Source: Microbotryum violaceum
Taxonomy: Eukaryota
NCBI GenBank assembly: GCA_001244265.2
Contig: CDLV01000004.1
Location: forward strand, 3,348,001-3,412,000
Length of the DNA: 64,000 bases
Direction of reading: 5' to 3'
Shown here: positions 21,758 to 32,549 of the stretch, piece after piece
How positions within the stretch are numbered: position 1 is the stretch's first letter
Layout of the letters: each line of letters starts with the position of its first letter
Position numbers and translations under genes: made by a program
The notes under the pieces: generated by a model
Databases searched by the model: none
Seen by the model: the letters and a program-made list of their open reading frames with translations, nothing else
Told to the model about the DNA's origin: nothing

Positions 21758-21940
21758 TCTCTATATTCTTTATTCTATCCTTAAAACTATCTACTATCTA
21801 CATAAATGAATCTGTGTGGCTAAATCTTTAAACTATTTAAAAAGAACTGTGTGGCTAAAGAACGTCAAAGAACCACTGAGGGCCGTAGAGAGCGGGGAAT
21901 TCCACGGAATACCCGAGGTCTCGTCTGGTATTTACAAAAA
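21758..21940 (+). mobile_element. Probable Helitron 5' end(s), AT-rich
   Basis: A|TCTCTATATT, A|TCTACTATCTACATAAA and A|TCTTTAAACTATTTAAAAA starts; CTGTGTGGCTAAA occurs twice. Confidence 0.45.
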
Positions 21941-23987
21941 CCAGTGGGAACCCGTTAAATTAACGGGAGAATGAAATTCAAAAAATAGCAGGATAATCGA
22001 ACAGTCTACATGATCTCAGCGCAGAGGTTAAGAAAACACAATACGAAGTACAGCAAAACAACCAAATCCATTCATCCTACATTCATTGCCGAAACAGCCT
22101 GCATGTCGCTTGTTGCCGGACTTGGCTTCAAACACTCGTGCAATGAGATCCGGACGGTTGCATGCTTTGTCACTCGGCCCCAGTGCAGCCTTGATTTCCG
22201 GTGCTTCGGGGTCGTACGTCATCGTGATGAGCAGCGGAGGTTTTCCATGTTTGACAACGCACGCCATCGCATCCTGGTATCGCTGCCACGTGATGTCGCG
22301 ATTTGGTTCGGGGTCAAGCCGTTGATGCCTTGGGTCGTGGTGAGGCGTAGGTTCTCTTGATGTAACCGGATTTGTTGAGTCAATCGGTCTTGACTTGGGA
22401 GTACATCCGTAATTCACGAACTCCAGGAAGGGACGTTGGGTGCCATGCGGGATTGAGAAGTGCTCGTCGCGTTTGGCAAGTAGTGCGCAAAGAATTGTGA
22501 ACGCGAGACTCGCCACCTCGACCCCTTTACTTGACCTTTGTCCTAGGTGTTCAAAAGTTCAATGTCAGTCTGTGCTTGCGCCTTGAACAGAATGGAGCAT
22601 CCGAGAAAGAGCCGAAGACGGGTACGTTCACCATCACCATTCTTTTCGTCCCCCGCCGTCTTCATCCTCATCGTCACAGTCTTCGTCCTCCTCTTCGCCT
22701 TCGTCAGCAAGACCGAGACCGGCAAGTACCTCGCGCGATTGGACACCTTTGCCAATCTGCTCTCGGTTTCTGGCGATTGGCAGCCCAGCTTAGCAAAACC
22801 CGCAAAGAGGAATATTGGGGTGGAAGCCATCTTCCCCTGCAGGAAATAGTAGTGGGTAATGGAGAGTCGCGGACGGATGGAGCGAGCTAACGATTTGGTA
22901 CTTGGGCCGACCATCGGGACATCGATCGCCGTGCACCTGGAGAATAAGGTCTTGCGGTCCACGATCTCCGGTGTTGGTGTCGGAATCGCAGATAAGCATC
23001 GCCATTTCCGTGCTCGACGTAGGAGGGTTGTGGGTGCGTCGGTCCCGGCCTGGCGGGAGGCAGAGGCGCAGGATCCACTCTTTGGCCGTATCCCAACCTG
23101 CGCGAGGTTTGGCCGATGCGAACTCCCTCACAAAGTGATTCTTGGTACGCAACATGGACTCGAGCTTGGTCAAAGTAGATCGTTGCATGTGACTGTCTGC
23201 GCCGTCGGGTTCAAGTCGAGTGTCGGTGGCCTCGGCCGGGTTGATCAGCCATGTTTGAGCAAAGGCTGGGCATTGATTCACGGCAGGGATCAGGGCGCCG
23301 AGTCGATGGCAGAGGCGACCAAATACGCGAAACACGGGGGGTCCTAGCGTGCCCACTTGAGTTTGGTCCCAGTGGGCAGCAAGCGAAGTGAATGAAAACG
23401 CGTTGTTGTACGACCGGGCGTTCTCGCGGAACGCTTTCGCTTCTATGTGCGTGGGAAGATTGTCGTGGAAATATTGTCGCACAGTTCAGCATGTGGGCCT
23501 ACTGCAGACAGACGTTGTTGGACGGAGCAAATGACCGCTATCCGAGCCTTGAAGAAGCTGCCGATACTCGAGATTGGGCTGGGGAGGGGGAGATAGCCGC
23601 ACCTTGCCCTGCGAGCAGCACGCGCCGAAGTGTCTGGTCGACTTGGACCTTTCGCACTCCCAGTGCCGAGCCTTGCAGTGGGTGCACACGGCCGTCTGCG
23701 GGCCGAGGTCGTCGCGGATCGAAACGTGGGCTTGAGGGGTTTGAGCGCGATTCGAGCCCGGCGCACTCGCCTTTGCGGAGGCGGTGGTAAGGCGAGCCCA
23801 GCGTCGAGTTGGCCATCGCGCTGACCACGCTGTCCGTTCTGCACAGCTGCACGGTGGGCTCGTATACGTGTCGCAATGCCAAGATCGGTTAAATTGTTGT
23901 CATGACGCACCGGGGGCTGATTCTGTTGATCGGAGCGGGACGAAGAGGAGGGTCGAGCCGCCGGGCGTCCAGCAGCGGGCGCTCGAG
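21941..23987 (-). mobile_element. Helitron deletion derivative (Rep N-terminus plus 3' end)
   Basis: CTHCKARHW...CCSQGKV, FRENARSYNNAFSFTS, YPLLFPAGEDG, YQDAMACV...GKPPLLITMT...RPDLIARVF. The 3' end is hairpin CCCGTTAATTTAACGGG then CTGG|T. Confidence 0.88.
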
Positions 23988-26410
23988 CAGGCCCATGGAG
24001 GACCCCGAAAGCCCGGCCTGAGGCGCGTAGTGCCCGACTAGACAAATTGTGGGCCTCAGATGGGCCAAAATCGCCAAGGCGCGTAGTCGGGGCTGGACAA
24101 ATCAGGGTGCGCCGGTGCGGGGGGGTTCTAGGATCCTAGGCCCGTAGGTGCCAATGGACAAATCTGGACCCATTTCAGCCACATTCGGCTTGGTACGCCG
24201 GAGTTTGCCGACCCTCAAGAACGTGCGGAGCGCGCGCGAAACACTCTGGCCTGTACCGAATTCACAACAAGGGCTCTAATGGTTCGATTCTGCAATTAGA
24301 AGCCTCTTGGCCGGTTGAACGAGCCGTCTCGTCTGAGTGCGCCGTCTCTTGCCTCCCCCGCCGCGTCGCGTCGTCTGTGCCATCATCGTCATTATCCTAC
24401 GTTCTCGCTTCGCCAGCTTCGACGAAATGTATCTAGACGATCCGGATATCGAGCTTCTTGGCGATGATTTCGAGCGAATGGCACCCTTCTTGGACGTGAG
24501 GGTGTCTTGAGCTTCTCGCCTTCCGCTTCGACAGCCCACTGCAGACACCCAGATAACCCAGATACAGCTTTCATGGTCGACAGACGAGCCTCTCGAGTGT
24601 GATACTCTTCCTAGGCCGCTCGATGCTTGGACGGACAAGTTCAAGGATCGTGGAGCAATTACTGCGGCGCGTGAGCAAGGTTACCGGTCAATTGCTATCG
24701 CTGGGCACCGGCTGCCTTTCGGTGCCGAAGGATCTGGCGGCATATAGATTACGCCGAGCGCATGCGTTCGATCGTTATCAGCAGCCAAAAGTGGATGGAA
24801 ATTCATCTGGGTGTCGACATCAAAAGTCAGCATCTCATCGTGAAGGCTTTGGAGGTGCTGCCGTCACTGCTCATAGAGGAGCAATATACCCCCTCAAGGA
24901 TCCTCGGTGTAGCGCGTCTTTGCACTCGCTGCTCGATTTCGTTGGGAAGCAGCCAAGTTGTTCGTCTGTTCGATGGCGTGGATTGATTGGGATTATTTTT
25001 TGTGCTTTTCCTAGGGACAACGTGGCTTGGAGAAAGGTCTCGTCGTGCTGGACCCGAAAGAGCGGAAGTCGGTTGAAAACGCTGTTCGCTCTTTAGCTGC
25101 TCTTGGCCTTAACAATGATGCTGCACCGTAAATTGAGTGCCATGAGACCTGTACCAACCTTCTCTGAGCTGATCACTCATCTCTTCCAATTCTAGGCTTG
25201 CCATTCAGCAGGCCTATGACGAGGCCGATGCTCAAGCAGAGGAACACTTCCTGCTCAACGTCATTGTGACAGCAAATGAAAGCTTGTCGGGTCGTGTAGG
25301 TTCATCTAAGCAATTGGTTTCGTGTAGCAACACTAAATGGACCCATCATTCTTTCACAGGCTCAGATTATTCGGCTCCCATCCCTTCTGCGTCACGACAC
25401 TCGTCAGCTTGCGCTCGATCTGAAAAGCTTGATCGAGCACCGTCGGGCCCATCAATGTGCCCACCTCAAGGCTGTCCTACTCAAGGGAAGGTACGGCGCC
25501 CCCACCTCGACTGCCCAAGATTTCGATCCCACATCAAAAGCAAAATTGTCCGAGCACGGTGAAGTGCACTCCAGTGTCCTCCGAGGCTTAGTGCAATCAA
25601 TGGGTGCAGCCCGTCTCGAAGCTATGTCAGGAGTTGCGAGGTCCATTCGTTGGACAGGACAAGGGACCTTCAGTATCGTTTTGACCGCAAACGAGACAGA
25701 CAACATAGGATACATCGAAGAGGGACGTAAAGAAGTGAGCTACAATCGTGTGCTGTGCACATATGGCCCAGAGAGTGCTCATCAATAATGTTCATTCTTG
25801 CCCAGGTACGGATGCAATTGCGAGCAAGGCAATACACGGTGTTCGCCAAGATCCCAACGTTTGGGTCGATTGACGGAAACGTCACGTCAGCCATGCCTTT
25901 GAAAATCGGCTCTCTTGTCTGCTTCAGATTGAAACGAGGCATCATACCTGGCAGTTGTGACGCCAGCAACATAGGAAAAGAACAATTGTCCATTGGACTT
26001 GGTTCGTGCATCTCACTGTATCTAGCTTACTGCCTTGCAGAGTGACTGGCATCGTTTTTACCTCTCGTAGTACGTTACATGTATGCCAAGGCCACGTCAA
26101 ATCATAGTCAAAGAGGTAGGCAGGAAGTGCAGGTGAGGAGCCCTCGGCGAAGCAGAACTGAAGCGGCTGACGCGCGCGCGGGCTCCGGCGATTCGGTCCG
26201 GGCGAAAAACGTCCGGACGGCGTTTTCGCGATTTTTGAAGATGTTTTAGAGGAAGCAGTTCTAGAGCTATTTTTGGACGCGCGTAGATAGACTGGACATT
26301 CTGGGGACCTTTTTGGCCGAAAAATCCAAAAATTGGTAGACCAATGAGGTCCAAAATCGGGAATTTTGGCGGATTTTACCTACGCGCCTCAAGCTGGGCT
26401 TTCGGGGTCC
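23988..26410 (+). mobile_element. 2.4-kb non-autonomous TIR DNA element, copy 1, with a degenerate spliced gene
   Basis: About 31-bp TIR GGACCCCGAAAGCCCRGCYTGAGGCGCGTAG at 24000 and 26410, subterminal GGACAAAT motifs, and an inverted second copy at 29819-32254. Confidence 0.85.
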
Positions 26411-26862
26411 AGCTGGTAGCTCGTTGGGCTCATAACCTATGAAGTTGCGACGAACACCTGCTCAAGCGGTGGTAAGGCTCTGATCGACGGACCAAGGAGA
26501 CCAGACCAAGAAGTTGCTTGAATTACACACCTGCTCAAGCGGTGGTAAGGCTCTGATCGACGGACCAAGGAGACCAGACCAAGAAGTTGCTTGAATTACA
26601 CACCTGCTCAAGCGGTGGTAAGGCTCTGATCGACGGACCAAGGAGACCAGACCAAGAAGTTGCTTGAGCAGGAGAAAGAGAAGCGCGGAGCCAGTTGGCT
26701 CGGGTGAGCGCGCAGCTGGGCCAGCCACCTGTGTCAGGCGCACGGACCCAGCCCAGAAAGGAAGAGAGCTAAGGTGTGAAAGGCAGGTCAAAGGAAGTAA
26801 AACGAGACCGAGAAAAGGAGACATGATGCGAGAAGGAAACACAGGAGGTTGTCAATCTCACA
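26411..26862 (-). mobile_element. Copia 5' LTR plus PBS, truncated by the TIR element
   Basis: LTR at about 26438-26862, PBS GGTTATGAGCCC (26437-26426), and only about 8 codons of gag before the TIR. Confidence 0.75.
26454..26668. repeat. 73-bp perfect tandem repeat x~2.9 inside the LTR
   Basis: Units start at 26454, 26527 and 26600. Confidence 0.95.
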
Positions 26863-27240
26863 CTGCCCATGGTAGCCCATGGTACGGCGCTACCCTCGCG
26901 CCCAAGACTTGGCGAGGTTGCGATGGCCCTCCCTGAGTCCCTGGCGACCTTTGGACCGGGACATAGCAGCGAGGGTTTGTTCTTGAATGAGTGTCACTAA
27001 AATTGGATGAGAGTGAGAGGGAGAAAGGAAAGGTTCGAGGCAGTGGCGCAGGATTATTTACGTGGTATGATTTGTTGTTCAGCCCCTAATCCCGCTGGTC
27101 GACTGCCGGAATGACACTGACACCGCCGGCGCACCGCATCACGTGACAAACGCCAGCCCTCGCCTCGCGCGTCAGGCAGAGCTCTGCTGTAGAAGCAATA
27201 TCATGCAAAGCCACGCGCTTGCGTTTCATTAAATACCATA

Positions 27241-27744
27241 TGAGTGGAAGCATTGTTTTATACCAGCGAAAAAAAGAAGGAAAATACTGGGAGCGCTGTA
27301 GCTTCGTTGGAACGGCGCGGAAAATATAAAAGTCACCACAGGGCTTGTACATGACTTCTGATCGGAACCCCGACACCACAGGCAGGTGCGGTAGACACAA
27401 CAGTATGCTGGTACACCCACCACAGGCAACCCTCCAGGCCGCAACCTAGTTAAAAACAGCGATTTTAGGTACATTCCTTAACTCACCTTTTTTTTATAGA
27501 GAGGTAGTAAAGCGCTTGGGTAATACCCGACAGCCTGGTATTTCCAGAGCGCCTGGTTTTACCACGCGCCTGGGTATCTCCGGGCCCGTACCCATGTCGG
27601 GGGTGGGGGGAGGAGAGGAAAAGAAAAGAAGAAGAAAAGAAAAAAAAAGGACAAAAGGAGGGGGGGAAAAAGGTATGAGGCGCCGTTGCTAACACGAGCG
27701 CCGCAGAAAAAAGAAAAAAAAAAAAAAAATGCGCGCCGCGCGAG

Positions 27745-27776
<32 letters not shown>

Positions 27777-27960
27777 TCGACTCGGACGTTGCCCCTCGGA
27801 GCAGTCGGGAGCAGTCGGGAGCTCTGAAGCTCTGAGTCGCCGAGTGGCTGAGAGGTGACGAGTCTTCGTCTGCTTCGGGCCCCTTGAGTGCCCAACGTCC
27901 CGAGATGGCTACGTTGCCGCCTGTTCTCACCCACCTTCAAGACGGCGATCAGCATGCCCT
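27241..27960 (+). mobile_element. Possible Gypsy LTR, leader and gag start fragment
   Basis: TGAGT...ACTCA bounds (27241-27485) with TATAAAA, followed by CC-T8 as after the 8697 LTR, then A-tracts and MATLPPVLT. Confidence 0.3.
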
Positions 27961-28199
27961 AGGGACGGAAGTCGGCGACGAAGTGCTGGACGAAGAAGCC
28001 AAGACAGCGCTATTCGAAGAGATCCGAGTTCAAGGTTTCCAATCTAATGCTCTTGAGATTGAGGAGGCGCGGCGGATATATTGGTCGCTGTTCGATGGTC
28101 GGAAGAGAACCTTGCAATGTGACAGCTTTTCAAATCATACCCTATCGCTCGCTAGCTGGAATTGATGGTCCAAGCTGGGCCTCATCCGAGTGACAAAGT

Positions 28200-29729
28200 G
28201 ACAGCCGCGCAGTGTCGCCGATGCGCCGATCGTCTCTGTCTCGCACAAGAGTCAAAATTTGGTACATGTTACGAATTAATGTCTATAGTTTCAATCCGAA
28301 CTTGCTAGTCTACAACGCATGGTTAGTCTCGTGGCCGCGGGGACGAGAGGTTCGTTCTGAGCGTCGAGGGGAAAAAATCTCCGAAGGCGCGTTCGACAAG
28401 GCGGGGTAGCAAGACGAGTGAGATCTTCTGGAGTTTCGGTCGAAGAGCTAGCGGTAGCAGGTTCCCTTGAGTCGGCAAGTGATTGCATCTGTTGCTCAAT
28501 CACCTGCCTTGGCTGTCGCTTCGGACCAAAGTTCGGTGGCGGAGGTAACGTTTTCTCCTCTGATCCCTCTTCGGATCCGAACTTAGAATCATCTCCTGGA
28601 TCCTCTGCTTCCCCGCAAGGATGTCCTGAACCTGACGCCTCTCCATACTTGATTCCGAAAGTCCCGACGATGGTGAATCATCCTCGCTCGCTTTGTCGTC
28701 GTCGTCGTCCCGGCAGATCAACACTTGCGCTCTTTCCCCAGTCTTCCTCTTCTTCTGATTGCCTCCCACTTACGAATATTTGCACACCCTTGCCCTTCCT
28801 TCTCTCCTCCTTGCTAATGGGCATCACTTGCATCGCTTCGGCGGGGGAGGGGGAAGGGGCGCGCGAAGCGGATTTCTTGAGCCCGAGCTGAGCGCCACTC
28901 AGCCGGCCACGCGCCGAGCGTGGCGCTGGTGTAAAGAGCCTACCTCCATTGCGATCATCCGCATGTACCGGAGATGATCGCGACGTCCTTGCGTCGCTCG
29001 AGGTTGATCGGCTAAAAGCCGGGTCGGGCAATGGCGCGGTGGGAGCTGGATGACGGGTGGTCGAGGCGCGACTCGACGACTGCAAAAGAGTTGAGCTCGA
29101 TCCCGAGGGATAGACGAGGGACGACTTGAGGATGTGGAAAGAGTCGAGCCGGATTTGAAGGGATTTGGCCAGTCGTTAACGTAAGCCCGAGGCACATTGT
29201 CCCGGATCTAGTCTACGAAAGCGAGAGCCGAGAGATCAGCAATGGGACACGGAACAAGGGACGGCAAACGGCAAACGTGAATCGACGAGACTAACCTGTT
29301 TCCTCTCGACCCAGGTTGTGAGAGTTGATCAGCTCCAGATATGCTGCTGGACCTCGTTTCTCAGCCGCGACCCTAGCTTCCGTCTTGCCGAAAGCCATCG
29401 CGCGTTGTTCATTTGAGCGTAGATCGGCTCGGCGAGCTTCGATTTTGGCAGCCATGGCAGCGAATTGTTGTTCATTTTCTGGAGCGTTACCATCGGAGCG
29501 TTATCATCATGTTCATCATTTCGAGCTGTTGAACTGGAGTGAGTGGAGCTTGAGGTTGAGGTTTCTAAGAAGAGTCGGGCGCGAGCCCCACTACGCGCTC
29601 GGTATGTTGTTGTACCGAAGGAGGTGCATCGCCAGCGGTTGCAGCGCCAAAAGAAGAAGCCGTATCGAAATTCAAGGCCAAGCTGAGCAAATCGTCGGTC
29701 GAGCCAGATGTTGATCCGTTCATGTTCAT
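28200..29729 (-). pseudogene. Degenerate gene of unknown function
   Basis: Chain of broken same-strand frames, including a helical-looking EQQFAAMAAKIEARRADLRSNEQRAMAF segment; no recognised domain. Confidence 0.3.
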
Positions 29730-29818
29730 TGGGAGAGGCGAGGGGAAGACAGTGGCAGGAGGAAAAGAGGCAAATCCAGGCGGGACTCGAGGCGGTTGCC
29801 TCTGTGTCGGGCCGCCGG

Positions 29819-32254
29819 CAGGACCCATGAAAGCCCAGCCTGAGGCGCGTAGGTAAAATCCGGGAAAATCGCCGATTTTGGACCTCATTTGTCCAACATT
29901 TTTTGGAATTTTCGCCCAAAAAAGTCCCCAAAATGTCCAGTCCATCCACGCGCCTCAAAAAATAGCTCTAGATTCGCTTCAAATGCTCTAAAACATCTTC
30001 AAAAATCGCGAAAACGCCGTCCGGACGTTTTTCGCTCGGGCCGAATCGGCGGAGCACGCGCGCGTGTCAGCCAGTTCGGTTCTGCTTGGCCGAGGGCTCC
30101 TCACCTGCACTTCCTGCCTACCTCTTTGACTATGATTTGACGTGGCCTTGGCATACATGTAACGTACTACGAGAGGTAAAAACGATGCCAGTCACTCTGC
30201 AAGGCAGTAAGCTAGATACAGTGAGATGCACGAACCAAGTCCAATGGACAATTGTTCTTTTCCTATGTTGCTGGCGTCACAACTGCCAGGTATGATGCCT
30301 CGTTTCAATCTGAAGCAGACAAGAGAGCCGATTTTCAAAGGCATGGCTGACGTGACGTTTCCGTCAATCGACCCAAACGTTGGGATCTTGGCGAACACCG
30401 TGTATTGCCTTGCTCGCAATTGCATCCGTACCTGGGCAAGAATGAACATTATTGATGAGCACTCTCTGGGCCATATGTGCACAGCACACGATTGTAGCTC
30501 ACTTCTTTACGTCCCTCTTCGATGTATCCTATGTTGTCTGTCTCGTTTGCGGTCAAAACGATACTGAAGGTCCCTTGTCCTGTCCAACGAATGGACCTCG
30601 CAACTCCTGACATAGCTTCGAGACGGGCTGCACCCATTGATTGCACTAAGCCTCGGAGGACACTGGAGTGCACTTCACCGTGCTCGGACAATTTTGCTTT
30701 TGATGTGGGATCGAAATCTTGGGCAGTCGAGGTGGGGGCGCCGTACCTTCCCTTGAGTAGGACAGCCTTGAGGTGGGCACATTGATGGGCCCGACGGTGC
30801 TCGATCAAGCTTTTCAGATCGAGCGCAAGCTGACGAGTGTCGTGACGCAGAAGGGATGGGAGCCGAATAATCTGAGCCTGTGAAAGAATGATGGGTCCAT
30901 TTAGTGTTGCTACACGAAACCAATTGCTTAGATGAACCTACACGACCCGACAAGCTTTCATTTGCTGTCACAATGACGTTGAGCAGGAAGTGTTCCTCTG
31001 CTTGAGCATCGGCCTCGTCATAGGCCTGCTGAATGGCAAGCCTAGAATTGGAAGAGATGAGTGGTCAGCTCAGAGAAGGTTGGTACAGGTCTCATGGCAC
31101 TCAATTTACGGTGCAGCATCATTGTTAAGGCCAAGAGCAGCTAAAGAGCGAACAGCGTTTTCAACCGACTTCCGCTCTTTCGGGTCCAGCACGACGAGAC
31201 CTTTCTCCAAGCCACGTTGTCCCTAGGAAAAGCACAAAAAATAATCCCAATCAATCCACGCCATCGAACAGACGAACAATTTGGCTGCTTCCCAACGAAA
31301 TCGAGCAGCGAGTGCAAAGACGCGCTACACCCGAGGATCCTTGAGGGGGTATATTGCTCCTCTATGAGCAGTGACGGCAGCACCTCCAAAGCCTTCACGA
31401 TGAGATGCTGACTTTTGATGTCGACACCCAGATGAATTTCCATCCACTTTTGGCTGCTGATAACGATCGAACGCATGCGCTCGGCGTAATCTATATGCCG
31501 CCAGATCCTTCGGCACCGAAAGGCAGCCGGTGCCCAGCGATAGCAATTGACCGGTAACCTTGCTCACGCGCCGCAGTAATTGCTCCACGATCCTTGAACT
31601 TGTCCGTCCAAGCATCGAGCGGCCTAGGAAGAGTATCACACTCGAGAGGCTCGTCTGTCGACCATGAAAGCTGTATCTGGGTTATCTGGGTGTCTGCAGT
31701 GGGCTGTCGAAGCGGAAGGCGAGAAGCTCAAGACACCCTCACGTCCAAGAAGGGTGCCATTCGCTCGAAATCATCGCCAAGAAGCTCGATATCCGGATCG
31801 TCTAGATACATTTCGTCGAAGCTGGCGAAGCGAGAACGTAGGATAATGACGATGATGGCACAGACGACGCGACGCGGCGGGGGAGGCAAGAGACGGCGCA
31901 CTCAGACGAGACGGCTCGTTCAACCGGCCAAGAGGCTTCTAATTGCAGAATCGAACCATTAGAGCCCTTGTTGTGAATTCGGTACAGGCCAGAGTGTTTC
32001 GCGCGCGCTCCGCACGTTCTTGAGGGTCGGCAAACTCCGGCGTACCAAGCCGAATGTGGCTGAAATGGGTCCAGATTTGTCCATTGGCACCTACGGGCCT
32101 AGGATCCTAGAACCCCCCCGCACCGGCGCACCCTGATTTGTCCAGCCCCGACTACGCGCCTTGGCGATTTTGGCCCATCTGAGGCCCAAAATTTGTCCAG
32201 TCGGGCGCTACCCGCCTCAGGCCGGGCTTCCGGGGGTCCTTTTCGGGGGTCCTG
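29819..32254 (-). mobile_element. 2.4-kb TIR DNA element, copy 2 (inverted)
   Basis: CAGGACCC...GGGTCCTG termini. The interior is the reverse complement of copy 1, and the ORF track mirrors it. Confidence 0.88.
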
Positions 32255-32549
32255 CTCAGGCGCTCAGGCGCTCAGGCCCTCGCTCGGCCTGTGCACTCAC
32301 GTCGCACGACGAGTCGACGACGAGCCAGTATCACTTGCTTGCATCGAGGGGTTCTCGGGGACGTTTACATGCCCACGTACAGCTGAACGCAGGCAGCCGC
32401 AACAAGACCGTGTTATCCTCCTGCACCGACCACAACCACGGCTACAGGCCCGATCATCATACCAGTCTCAGCCACGATTATTGCCAGAACGACGACAGCC
32501 AACTCAGTTCGAATCGTCGATTGTTGACTGTTGGCGATTTTGAGGGGCC

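Noticed and set aside
26454-26668. CRISPR-like array
   Set aside because: Perfect tandem units with no unique spacers, inside a Copia LTR in a eukaryote.
27084-27093. Telomerase RNA template (CCCTAATCCC)
   Set aside because: Imperfect match to a TTAGGG template, with no supporting structure.
27421-27460. RSS/Transib-like heptamer-spacer-nonamer (CACAGGC...TTAAAAACA)
   Set aside because: Mismatches in both motifs, no partner signal and no Transib ORF.
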